Source: Phoronis australis (lineage: Eukaryota > Animalia > Phoronida). From it: a stretch of DNA of 64,000 nucleotides. Of this stretch, positions 51,301-63,300 are shown piece by piece. How positions within the stretch are numbered: the stretch's first letter is position 1; each line of letters opens with the position of its first letter. Under the pieces are notes generated by a model. It had not been told where the DNA came from and made no database searches. It saw only the letters and a program-made list of their open reading frames with translations. The position numbers and the translations under genes were made by a program. The stretch lies in contig NMRA01000295.1 in NCBI GenBank assembly GCA_002633005.1, positions 85,124 through 149,123 on the forward strand, in the 5' to 3' direction.

Positions 51301-54300
51301 TGTTTTTTCCTATTTATTTTCATGAAAAAATAAATTTTCACTTGTCTGCCATGTTTTGTCCTAAACTGGTTACATTTTGTTGTATTAAGCCAACCAGTTT
51401 TCTTTTCAACATTTTTAGATCACCATGCTCCAGTGCCCCTTGCCCATTACCATGCTCCAGCACCCCTTGCCAATCACCATGCTCCAGCACCCCTTGCCCA
51501 TCACCATGCTCCAGCACCCCTTGCCCATCACCATGCTCCAGTGCACCTTGCCCATCACCATGCTCCAGCACCCCTTGCCCATCTTATCTAACATTTTCTG
51601 TAGTTAAGAGTTTGTATAGCATAGCTAGCCTTAGCTGTGTACGACTGATCATCAAAATGGCAGGTAATGTAACATAACCAGCCAGCTAGCTGTGTATTAC
51701 TGAATGTCAAAACACAGCTAGGAATCCATGTGGATAAAAAACAATCATAAATATTCTGTGAAACTCACTTTTTCAGTGCACTACAATTTGATTTCCAATC
51801 ATCTGTTAATAAAATTGATACAAAAATGCAGACTGCCCAACCCCTATACTTTCTGTAACTGTGTCATTTAAATGGCGTGTACCTTGTTTGTTAAGGCCAG
51901 TTAAAAAAAATAATCTGATAAATGTCACTTGCTTGAATCACATTACCTTTTTTGCAACAAAGAGGTGGCTGCTGTCAACTTCAAAACAGTATGCTTGTGA
52001 CTCACACATGCGCCGTTTCCTCCATTTTGTGTCTTGGTAGATCAACACGTATCGGGAGATGGTGTAAACTTTGCTGAAGTAAAATTTGCTCAGAAATTTT
52101 ATTTCTTGCAATTTTTATGTGCTCAAAATTGCAACAAATGTTACAGCAGTTCTGGAATTTTGTTTCAAATTGATCATAAACTTGTGAAGAGAATTTTTTT
52201 ATTCAATATAATAGTTGTAGTACAGATGACACAATTACACAATACAGTAACTATTTTATTTAGTCAAGGATCAGTTAAAGGCAAAGGCAAGCTTTTTTCA
52301 TGTCATTTTTTGCAAAAATAAGGTTCATTGGTTATCCCAGACATATTTTCCACTTAATTACAGCTTTTCGTAATTTAATTAATTATTCGTTCTCTACTCC
52401 GGAAGTGACGTTTTGTGAGGCAAGAATTTCGCGCCAATTTCTTTTCATATAGTCTGACTGTGAGAGCTGCTAAGTCAGTCATTGATCTACCTTGGTTGTG
52501 ATAAGTTCTGCCATCGTTTGCTTTTGTTTACGAGTCAGTCAACATGCCACACTGTTGTTACGTTCCGGGAAGTACTCATTATGGCCTATAAGCAGCCTTG
52601 TAGTGGGAGTGAATACAGGCCCAGTGAAGAGGACAGTTCATCGTTCAATGAACAGATTGGTGAGCCAAACTTTGATAAGTTTATTGTGGACTTGTCTAAA
52701 GTATTGGTCTATTTAGAAGGTGCCAGGTGTGTGGCGAGGGAGTCACACGGCGGGGTGTAAGCAGTTTGTGTGCTCAGGTCACTATCCAGTGGGAGTGTGT
52801 CGCGGGACACTCGGGCAAGTGGGACAGTTGTTCCTCTGTCCGTGAGATGATAATGAGTACATCCCGGTACGCAGCAACAATGTGGCATGTTGACTGACTC
52901 GCAAACAAAAGCAAACGACTACCGAACTTATCACAACCGAGGTAGAGCAATGACTGACTCGGCAGTTCTCACAGTCAGACTGTATGAAAAGAAATTGGCG
53001 TGAAATTCTTGCCTCCCAAAACGTCACTTCCGGAGTAGAAAACGAATAACTAAATTACGAAAAGCTGTAATTAAGTGGAAAACATGTCTGGAATAACCAA
53101 CGAACCTTATTTTTGCTAAAAAGACTTGAAAAAAGATTGCCTTCGCCTTTAAGGTCAACTTACAGTGCTGATATGTACAAAGGTAATTTAAAGTTAAAAA
53201 ACAAGGAGAGGCTACAATTCATTCTTTATAAACAAAAAAGGTCAAGACCTTGCCAGCGCTCTATAAATTCACCATACTTCATTTTGTATAATATGTATAT
53301 ATGCCGTTCAATAGAAATGTACAATGCAACTTCTTTTTTAAACAGTGCAAGGCAACGATTTTTGCGCTTTAACCTTTGTTTATAAATGTGGTACTTGCCG
53401 AGCCAAGAACTATGTACACATTGAAGGACAACTTTCCAAAGCACATTAGAAATCATCTGGGACATCTTTGTAAAATAGAAATCTTCAAACAGTATTAAGT
53501 AATTCTTTGAAACAGACCATTTGCTGAAACTGCCCATGAACTTGTAGTACTTTGACAAAGTAGTCTATGAAACCAAGTTAATTTAATGGTTTTCATAAAA
53601 GAAGTGACATCAATCATTCTGGCCCTCTCAACATTAATAATCGTACGACAAGTTTTTCATTTCACTGTTCCATACAGAACAGTAGAACATTTTGTTCAGC
53701 TGCTTCAGAAAGGCCTGTGAAGGGGACGGGAGACTTGTAAAAAGATGAATAAGTTTTTGGTATAATTATCAATTTCACAACTTATTCTTCCAAAAAGTGT
53801 CAAGTTTCTTTTTCCCCGCATGTCTATAGCCTTCTTTATTTCACCAGGCTTGATGTTAAAATTAATGTTGGCAATTTTATTTAAGTCCCTGGAGAATTGA
53901 ATACCCAGTAAAGTGAATTCTGATGTTACCCTTTTCAGTTTTACATCACAACACATTTTTGATAGCTACCCTTCATAGAACCTATCCAAATACAAGTTGT
54001 TTTTTTCCAGATTATGCTTTAGACCAGAATATTTTGCAAATTAGTTTAAAATGTGAATTGTTATCCGCAGAGACTTTTCCAACCATCTAACAATATAACC
54101 GTATCTTCTGCGTAATGCATCAGTTTGTATTCCACTGATCCGACCCAGATACCCTTAACACTGTTGTCTAGTCTAAGGAGCCAGCCCTTAATCTCTGCAC
54201 ATAGAATAAAAAGATATGACGATAACAGATCACCTTGCCTGCAACCACGCTATGTGTCGAAAAAGTTAGATGTGATACCGTTTTGTATAACACATTGCTT

Positions 54301-57300
54301 TGCACCTCTGTTTGGTATATGGACTCATTTTTTCTTTGAGTCAACAAAATTGAAGAAATTTAGAGCTTTGTCAATAAAAAACCAACACAAGGAGTCAAAC
54401 ACCTTTTTGGAATCCACCAGTACAAGCAAACCCGGTTTATTAAACTGTTCTGTAAACTGCATGAAGTCATAAGTCTGCCTTGTGTTTTCTGTTATAAAAC
54501 GCCCAGAGAGAAAACCCTTTTGGTCAGAGTGTATTAACAGAACAAACTTGTTGGGAAATACAAGATGACAAAAGTTTGTAACTGATATTCAAGAGAGAAA
54601 TAGGCCTCCAATATTTCTCGGTTTATTCCCTTTGGATATGATGTTAATAACCCCTGGAGTTGGGAGTTTGGAAGGAAGCCTCTTCTGAAACTATGATTGT
54701 ATGCTTTAATAACTTACTTAAAGATACTTTGCTAGGTCGTTCCAGAAAAATTTATAAAACTCCGTGGTGAAACCGTCCGGACCTGGATTTTTATTATTTT
54801 TCATGTGCTTCAATGAATTAAGCACCTCTCCTTTTGAGATTTCTGATTCGAGTGAGTTGCTTTCAGCTTCACTTAATGTAGGAATTTTGATGCTCGGTAA
54901 GACGTCATTCAAATTAACTTGGTCCTAGTAATCTGTCTTTACACGAATGCAGTTCCTCATAAAATTGACTTATTTCTTTCAAAAGTTCTTTTTGATCCTC
55001 AATTGTTTCACATTGCTCCACAAATTCTGTGGCAGAATAATTCTGCTACCGCCATTTTCAAGGAAGTGGTCCCCATTGCATCCCTAACAATTGCGGTAAA
55101 AAATTTTCAATTTACCATAATTCTAGTTTTAGAGACTCACCACGCTGTTGCAAGTGCTCAAAATTTTACCAAATGTTTTGTATTAGCTGCAACAAACAAA
55201 CCTTGCTAAAAGCAACTGAAGGTAATTTTTCTTGAAAATTTTTTAATTTGACAAAATGGGTTTCACCTGTCCCAGACTGAAGATTTTTCACTGTATGTTT
55301 CCTAGCTCTTGGTCAATGATGTAGGGACTGTTGTGGACTAAATAATGTTGTATTAGGTGTGGTAGTACAATCATGAAGGTGAAATTTATTGGAGCATGGT
55401 ATTACAAAGGACCATGTTTTAAAATAAAATGACTGTATTTGTTAAAGATAATACCAGATATCACAAATCTTTAATTCTTTTTTCAGCAATTGAAGCACGA
55501 AATGGACCAGTTAGACATGTGGCTCGGTGTACGAGAGGCAATGTTGCAAGGGGACCACTACGGGGAATCCATCGACGACGTTGAGGGTCTCATCAGGAAA
55601 CACGAAGACTTTGAGAAGGCCGTGCAAGCCTACGAGGTCAAGTTTACCGGAATACAGAGAACAACAAAGGTAAGGTTGTGTCCTGGTGTAAGTGTTTGGC
55701 ATGACTGTTTTGTGGTCAGAAGTAACTCAGTAATACTGAGGTCAACAGTTATTGAAGTGTGTTGGTAACACGTGATGTGAGAGAATGATAGTACTGCATG
55801 CTAGTGACTACAGAATGAACACAGATGATATTTAGTGGCATGTGATGTGAGAGAATGATAGTACTGCATGCTAGTGACTACAGAATGAACACAGATGATA
55901 TTTAGTGGCATGTGATGTGAGAGAATGATAGTACTGCATGCTAGTGACTACAGAATGAACACAGATGATAGTCACATACCTGAGTTGATAAAGGTGTTTG
56001 TGCTTGTTTGTAACAGTCAGAGAGAGAGAGAAACAGAGAGGGTGAGTGTCTGCTGTATCTGCATGGTTGTCACTACAGTCAATAATGTGACACAGGGGAC
56101 ACTAAAGCTGCACTATTAGATACCATTCAAAATTACTGTCATTTTTGTTGCTTGTTTATACCTTTCTCATCCTAAATATGGTGATGATTTCAACAGTTTC
56201 TATTTTTTTGTTTCTTATATTTTTTGAAAATACGATAAAACTATCATCAACTTTAATGAAAGTATAAACTATGTTTCATATGCTCCTGAAAGTGGCAATA
56301 ATTGTGAACATTGCCTTACTGAAGTTCCAAAATAGTTAAAGCATGAAAGTTTAACTTGTGCTATGTATGGATCATTAGAATGTCTGCATTATTTATAGCT
56401 GGAAGATGCATTTGCTGACCAGAAGTCAAGCGAGGCCAAGTACAGGCAAGAACAGAGGGAGCGAGAGAGGGCAGCACTGTTGAAGCAAGAGCAGGAAAGA
56501 ATACTGAAGGTGTTTATTGGATTGGCTGAAAGTCTTGTCTAATCACTGGTCTTAATTTAGTCTGCTAGATGTTTACGAAAACAAGTTAATTTTGTGTACA
56601 CCAGCTGATGTAAAAACTTGTCTTGTGCTAATATTATGGAAACTACTTAATTGTTGTTTTTCTAGAAGTTATATTAGCAGAATATTCTCATTTTCACAGG
56701 AGAGGCAGTTACTAAATAATGAGAAGGAAACTGCCACTTTACAGGGAACAGATTATGATGGTGTGGAGAAGAGCAGGTAGAGTAGTTCTCAATGTTGTGA
56801 ACAGATTATGATGGTGTGGAGAAGAGCAGGTAGAGTAGTTCTCAATGTTGTGAACAGATTATTATGGTGTGGAGAAGAGCAGGTAGAGTAGTTCTCAATG
56901 TTGTGAACAGATTATTATGGTGTGGAGAAGAGCAGGTAGAGTAGTTCTCAATGTTGTGAACAGATTATGATGGTGTGGAGAAGAGCAGGTAGAGTAGTTC
57001 TCAATGTTGTGAACAGATTATTATGGTGTGGAGAAGAGCAGGTAGAGTAGTTCTCAATGTTGTGAACAGATTATTATGGTGTGGAGAAGAGCAGGTAGAG
57101 TAGTTCTCAATGTTGTGAACAGATTATTATGGTGTGGAGAAGAGCAGGTAGAGTAGTTCTCAATGTTGTGAACAGATTATTATGGTGTGGAGAAGAGCAG
57201 GTAGAGTAGTTCTCAATGTTGTGAACAGATTATTATGGTGTGGAGAAGAGCAGGTAGAGTAGTTCTCAATGTTGTGAACAGATTATTATGGTGTGGAGAA

Positions 57301-60300
57301 GAGCAGGTAGAGTAGTTCTCAATGTTGTGAACAGATTATGATGGTGTGGAGAAGAGCAGGTAGAGTAGTTCTCAATGTTGTGCAACCAGCCTATGTCCAT
57401 TCTGTTTATGTCCAACTAGCCTATTTCAACCAGCCTATGTCCAATCCGTTTAGGTCCAACTAGCCTATTTCAACCAGCCTATGTCCAATCCGTTTAGGTC
57501 CAACTAGCCTATTTCAACCAGCCTATGTCCAATCTGTTTAGCTCCAACTAGCCTATTTCAACCAGCGTATGTCCAATCCGTTTAGGTTCAACTAGCCTAT
57601 TTCAACCAGCCTTTGTCCAAACAGCCTCAATTCAACCAGCATATCTCCAACCATCTTATGCCCAACAAGCGTAGGTCAAACCATTCTATGCCCAGCAAGT
57701 CTATGTTGAAACCAATGGTACTAAATTGTCAAATTCAGAAGTTGAAGTTTGGACCTCGTCAAAATGTCTTTCTATTTAACCAAACATCTTCAAAATTATA
57801 GATTTTAACTCAGCAAAAGTACACATTTTTGGAAGGTGGAAAGCAAGTAGACATTGATTTTTGCTTTTTAACAAGTTGTCATTAGTTGGGTCATGTGACC
57901 ATGTCTTTTTGGTGAAGTTTAACAAAAAAAGAAAGGAACGTAGATAGCAAAACATCAATATCAATAACTTGACCAAATTATCACATATGTGATATAAATG
58001 GTGAACATGAAATTGCAATGCAACTTTTAATTTTTTTGAATTTATTTCATCTCTCTTAGTTAAAATTTCACCATTCTTCATCATTTATTTATGTCATAAT
58101 TCTCAAACTGTTTTAATTGTATCTTTGTTACGTATATTTAATTGTTGTTTTATTACTTCATTGTATTATATTACTGTTTTTGTTGTGGAGGGCCCTATTG
58201 GAAAGCAGTGCTATCACTGAAGAGGCCAAACTCATTTTAAATATCATAATAAATTAATAAATAAATAAATATAAATCTTATTCTTTGGTAGCCCCTCATG
58301 CAACATTTCAGCATAATTCCTAACAAAGTATTGCAGAACATTGTATAATGAATAGTATGTTAAAGTTTCATGTGAATCTGGTCTGTTAGTTCTGAAATAT
58401 GATGTTCCGAAATTATCCAAATTTGGATTTTTATAGTGTCCCACACAGCCTTTGATATTTGAAAGGTGGGTGCACAGCCGTTTAAGTGTTGAAAGGTGGA
58501 TGCACAGCTGTTATATGATGAAAGGTGCACAGCTGTTTAAGCTCTCATTCATCTGTTATAGATTGCCTGCAACCTCAAGTCAAGTGGATCTGGTTAGACA
58601 AGCTATTTCAATGAACCGAACCAATAGTTTCAAGGACAAGGTGACTGGTTCACCACGTTCATCAAGGAAAATGCTTGTGGCAGGGACCAGCTCATTCAAA
58701 TCTGATGACAGTGGAGGCAGTAAGACGCCAACTAAAACTAAACGTACACCCAGTTTTACAACAAGGTAATACAAGAATCACATGTCAGGCTTCAATCTTT
58801 TAGTATTGTTGAAACTCTAGGTTGTTGGCCCCTGGTTGCTTACTTTTGAATTGGAGTTTACCCGATTTCTTGTGTTAATGTTTACGTGTATTCAAGCTGA
58901 TATTGATTAATGTTGTAACAATAACAATCATGTTGTTCTAATAGCTGATCAGTCACAAGAGCTTGATGTTACCACTTCCTTTCTTTGCATCTCCATTTAT
59001 GTCTGGAGTTTCCTGTAAACCAGTGCTAATGGTACCCTAGTTTAAAATCACTATCAGGTCAAAAGGCATAGTTGTGTGTGGTATCTACTCAACTCATATT
59101 GAGATCTGTGCTCACCAAATAAAAGTGTTAGCCAAGGTCTTGTGTTTCTGAAAAGGTGCATAGAGGTATGCAAGCAATGTTTGAAGCACCATGATATGCC
59201 AAGGGATGAGTAAAAAAAACAATCCTGCATCATTTTTGCACATCTCGGGTGGATTTTCTTTTGTGAAAAACTGAGTAGCTAAAAATACTGTGCCACCAAC
59301 TCAGTTTTCAAAAAAAACAACCAACTATGCTTTTTAGACTTATATGGATTTACGTTTAAATTTGTGTACTAATATGATCATAGACTTTGCTATCCATACA
59401 TTCAACTTAATGATATGATAAGTGATTACTAACCACTAGACTTAATAAATACAAACACTAAAGTCACCAAGATGAATTTATTGCAGTCACGTCACTCCAC
59501 TAATGCTCAGTGTTCACATCAAAACATTGTTGCTTACAATCAAGTCACTCCACTAATGCCCAGTGTTCACATCATAACTTTGTTACATACAATGTCACTC
59601 CACGAATGCCTAGTGTTCATATCATAACTTTGTTACTTACAATCATGTCACTCCACTAATGCCCAGTGTTCACATCAAAACATTGTTGCCTACAATCAAG
59701 TCACTCCACTAATGCCCAGTGTTCACATCATAACTTAGTGTTACAAACAATCATGTCACTCCACTAATGCCCAGTGTTCACATCATAACTTTGTTACAAA
59801 CAATCATGACACTCCACTAATGCCTAGTGTTTACCTCATAACTTTGTTACATACAATCATGTCACTCCACTAATGCCCATCTGGCATGTTGCTTAACATT
59901 CCATTGACTCTGCGTCTGTCTCTAGGAAACGAACATCCAGTTTCAAGGACAAGTACAGATTGCCTTCCCAGTTGCCACCAGTGGAGATGGAGGCCATGTT
60001 GGAACGCCAGCAGGAAATGCAGAGTGGTGGAATCAAGTCAACTGTATGCACATGGAAGGAGTATTATACAGTACTGTGTGGGCAACTGATGTGTTTCTTT
60101 AAGGACAAGCAAGGTAAGTTTACATTAGGATCATCCAGTTCTGGGCTGTGATGTACTTGGCTCTGCTTGATACTGTGTTGTTGATAATGAGAGCAATATT
60201 TCATATCGTAAATTTTTACGCTATTCGTGTACTCTTTTGTCCATTGTGGTCAATTTTTTTTGTAATATGATTTTTGTTATTGCATGTCAGCATCTCTCAA

Positions 60301-63300
60301 AAATTACTTATTATTATGTGTTTGAGTTAATAATATCCCTCTCTCTCCGGTTTTGAACCTGCTCCGCAAGAGTTTCAAGTCGTCGACTTTACCACTGCAC
60401 CACTCAGCAGCTGATGTCATCGAACATGAAAATAGAATACTTTAATGAGCACACACAATAATTGCATGTTCAGCAAAGGGCATTGTACTGACATTTATAC
60501 GCTATGAAAAATAAGATGCATAATTTCCATAAAAATGATTTAATTCAGTGAAATTTATCTCTCATTTTCTCTCACTTGTAAGTCATCGACCTCCAATTTG
60601 AATGCGGGTATCCTGTTGTCGGGATCCTGTGACTTGGGTATTATTCTCAGTTACCAGTGGCAACCTACTTTAGCAGTTAATATTTTTCCAGTCGAAGCTT
60701 AGCGTGACAAAATGTATAGTAAGCTAGTTATAGTTACTAAACCTTAATTTATATAATCTCTTTGTTTCTATTTTGTTTAAATTTTCAATTGGGCGATAAT
60801 TCTCCAAAATCCTCTCTGGTTGTAGATTACAGGGGAGAACGACTTCGCCAAATATCAGTTCATGAAACAGATTACATCTCCTTTTCTCCTGTCGTATCCT
60901 TATCCTGTTTTTCTGACATTTCCAACTTCACTATTAAAACCTGACCTTTTTTGGACTTACTTGATTGTACTGCAATTTCTGTAAATGAAGTGGGTTTATG
61001 CATTGAAAATGACCCAATTTAATTACATATTTATATTGTTCAGCAAGTGGGAGAACCTCCTCTTCCCCATACTGATGTTCACGAGAGCTCCACCTTCAGT
61101 GTGCACCAGCGGATAACAAAGTAGTCAAATGAACTGTCAGCAGTGTGTTTAATGCTTTTTGCCTTTGTCTTCAACCACAACGTGGTTGTTTGTTTTTGTT
61201 CATGGTCAGTACCTTGCTGCTTTGGTTCATCTCCTCTTTCATCAAATCATTAAAATTGCTAGTTATTTTAATGTATCAAGTAAATAAACTCAGCTTGTGT
61301 TGCAGGCTTTATTGACAACTTTGCTGCAGCGCCTCCTATTAACCTTCACAAATGCAAGTGTCTAATTGCAAGAGAATATGAAAAGAAGAAAAATGCATTC
61401 CGAGTAAATCTGGTGGATGGTGCTGAGTACATGTTCAATGCTTGTTCAGAGGCTCTGATGAAGGAGTGGATGCAGAAAATTGAGTTTTATGCTGGTAAGT
61501 TGTGCCTTATGTATTAGTTTGAAAGGGGAATGCAATCATTTATAGGTTACTTTTAGCAAAAATGCAGATCTATCTGGTTGTCTTAGATAGGCATTTTTTC
61601 TGTATTAATTATATATTAATCGTTTCCTTATGTATTTATTATTCATGGAATAACACAAAGTTTTGTCGCACATCTTTGTTCTACATTCACTTCCTCAATG
61701 AAAGTGAATGCAGAACTATACAGATTGTGTTTAACAGGGCAAATTGTACCTCCTGGAAAAAAAGGTGAGAAAATATAGTTGGTTCTGATTCTTGCTAAAA
61801 ACATTGTATCTAAGATTTTTCTATCATGCACTGATTTACGAAGATGGTTGTTATGTGTGGCTAGGTACTGCGGTTTAATTAACTGGCGTGCTTATATTAC
61901 TTTATTCTTGTAAAGTCACTGTCACTTTAGCATTCTGATTGACTGTAAGGCATGTAGCCTTTGATTCATCAACCTCTGACTATAAGAATTAGATCAATGC
62001 ATTACCACTGTCTTTTTGTGGACGTATTATTCATAAAAAGTGCTGAATCTAAGATGTGTGTCTAACTATGAACTGCACATTGTTTATACTACACTGTGCT
62101 CTTCATTGCACTTACTACTGCGGATGTACAGTATTCTCATACCAGATCAAAAACCTTTCACCACTTTTTCTCATCCAGTGTGTTTTCTATCTTATAGCAC
62201 TGCCCCCTTCTCTTCAGTTGACAGTGTTTAACCCAGACGCACCTACCGCTTCCCTTAGTGGTCAATCAGCTATGACACCCAACAATGACGATTCACTGAA
62301 TGTGCAGGATCGTGGAGATCTCACTCGTGCAGAGAAGTCAGCATCCGTCAAAGAGTTGTCGTCCATGTTTGCACACAAGTCCACAAGTTCAGTATTAGAA
62401 ATGCCTGCTAAGATATCACAACCTAGGGACCAGTCACCGATAGTATCGTCAATGGAAGCTGACATGGACAACAAGAGACAACCTTGCAGTAATGCCAACC
62501 CCAAACTAGTGGATCGATCGAGTGCTTTGTTAGATCATGAAACTAGTCTTCTTTCGAAGCAGGGTTCAAACCATGATGTACGGGAGAGTAGTGGGTCTCC
62601 TGAAGCTGGGCAATCGTTGAAGAGTTCTTTTCAACAAAATAAAAGACCTGATGAAGTGGAAGAGTGCCATAGTTTCAAGAACGTGGCAAACACTTCTCCA
62701 AACCATGAGTCAACACAAGATGCCTATGACTGGCCTGTCAATCAAGTGTCACACCCCTCTCTGCAACAGAATCAGCAACAACACGGCAGTGACACAAGAC
62801 AACCTGTTGCTGCCAAAACAGGAATGAATAAGGCATCATTTGACAAGTCTGTTAGCATGGAAGGAGATGAGGTGTTTGAGCAGTCACTGTCCTATCTTAA
62901 GTCTGCCTCACCTGAAGGTTACCAACGATTTGTGACGAGCACACCTGAGGTGACTACTGCACCTTCAAGTAAATGTTCAACTGTTGCTGTGACTCCTAAT
63001 GTTTTGCAAAAAAGATCAGAAAGAAAACCTTTTTCAAGTCCCTTGTTACACAAGAAGAACAAATCTGCACATAGCAATGTGTTCAGTATTGATGGAAGTC
63101 GTAGCCCTGTATTGACTCGTCAGTTAGTGAACAATCGCATGGATTGTGCAAACACTGATGATGTGTCACCTTTAGATTCAAGCAGATTGAGCCCAGCATT
63201 CAGTCAGAGTTCCACCAGTTCAACACCTCCAATACCTGATCTGGCACCACCCGTTGAGAGTGCACAGCTTGACACCAGCCTTGGGGAGTCCTTCGATGGA

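Noticed and set aside
51255-51677. Cys/Pro-rich ORF (SPCSSTPCP repeats) resembling a keratin-associated or metallothionein-like protein
   Set aside because: Produced by a 27-bp intronic minisatellite that is open in several frames; no splice or start context.
52482-53027. Pair of similar ORFs on opposite strands (VVISS...CLRVSQHATLLLR)
   Set aside because: These are the two arms of the foldback MITE, not duplicated genes.
56746-57381. Regular array resembling CRISPR
   Set aside because: Units are contiguous with no unique spacers, there are no cas genes, and the unit derives from the host exon-intron junction in a eukaryotic gene.
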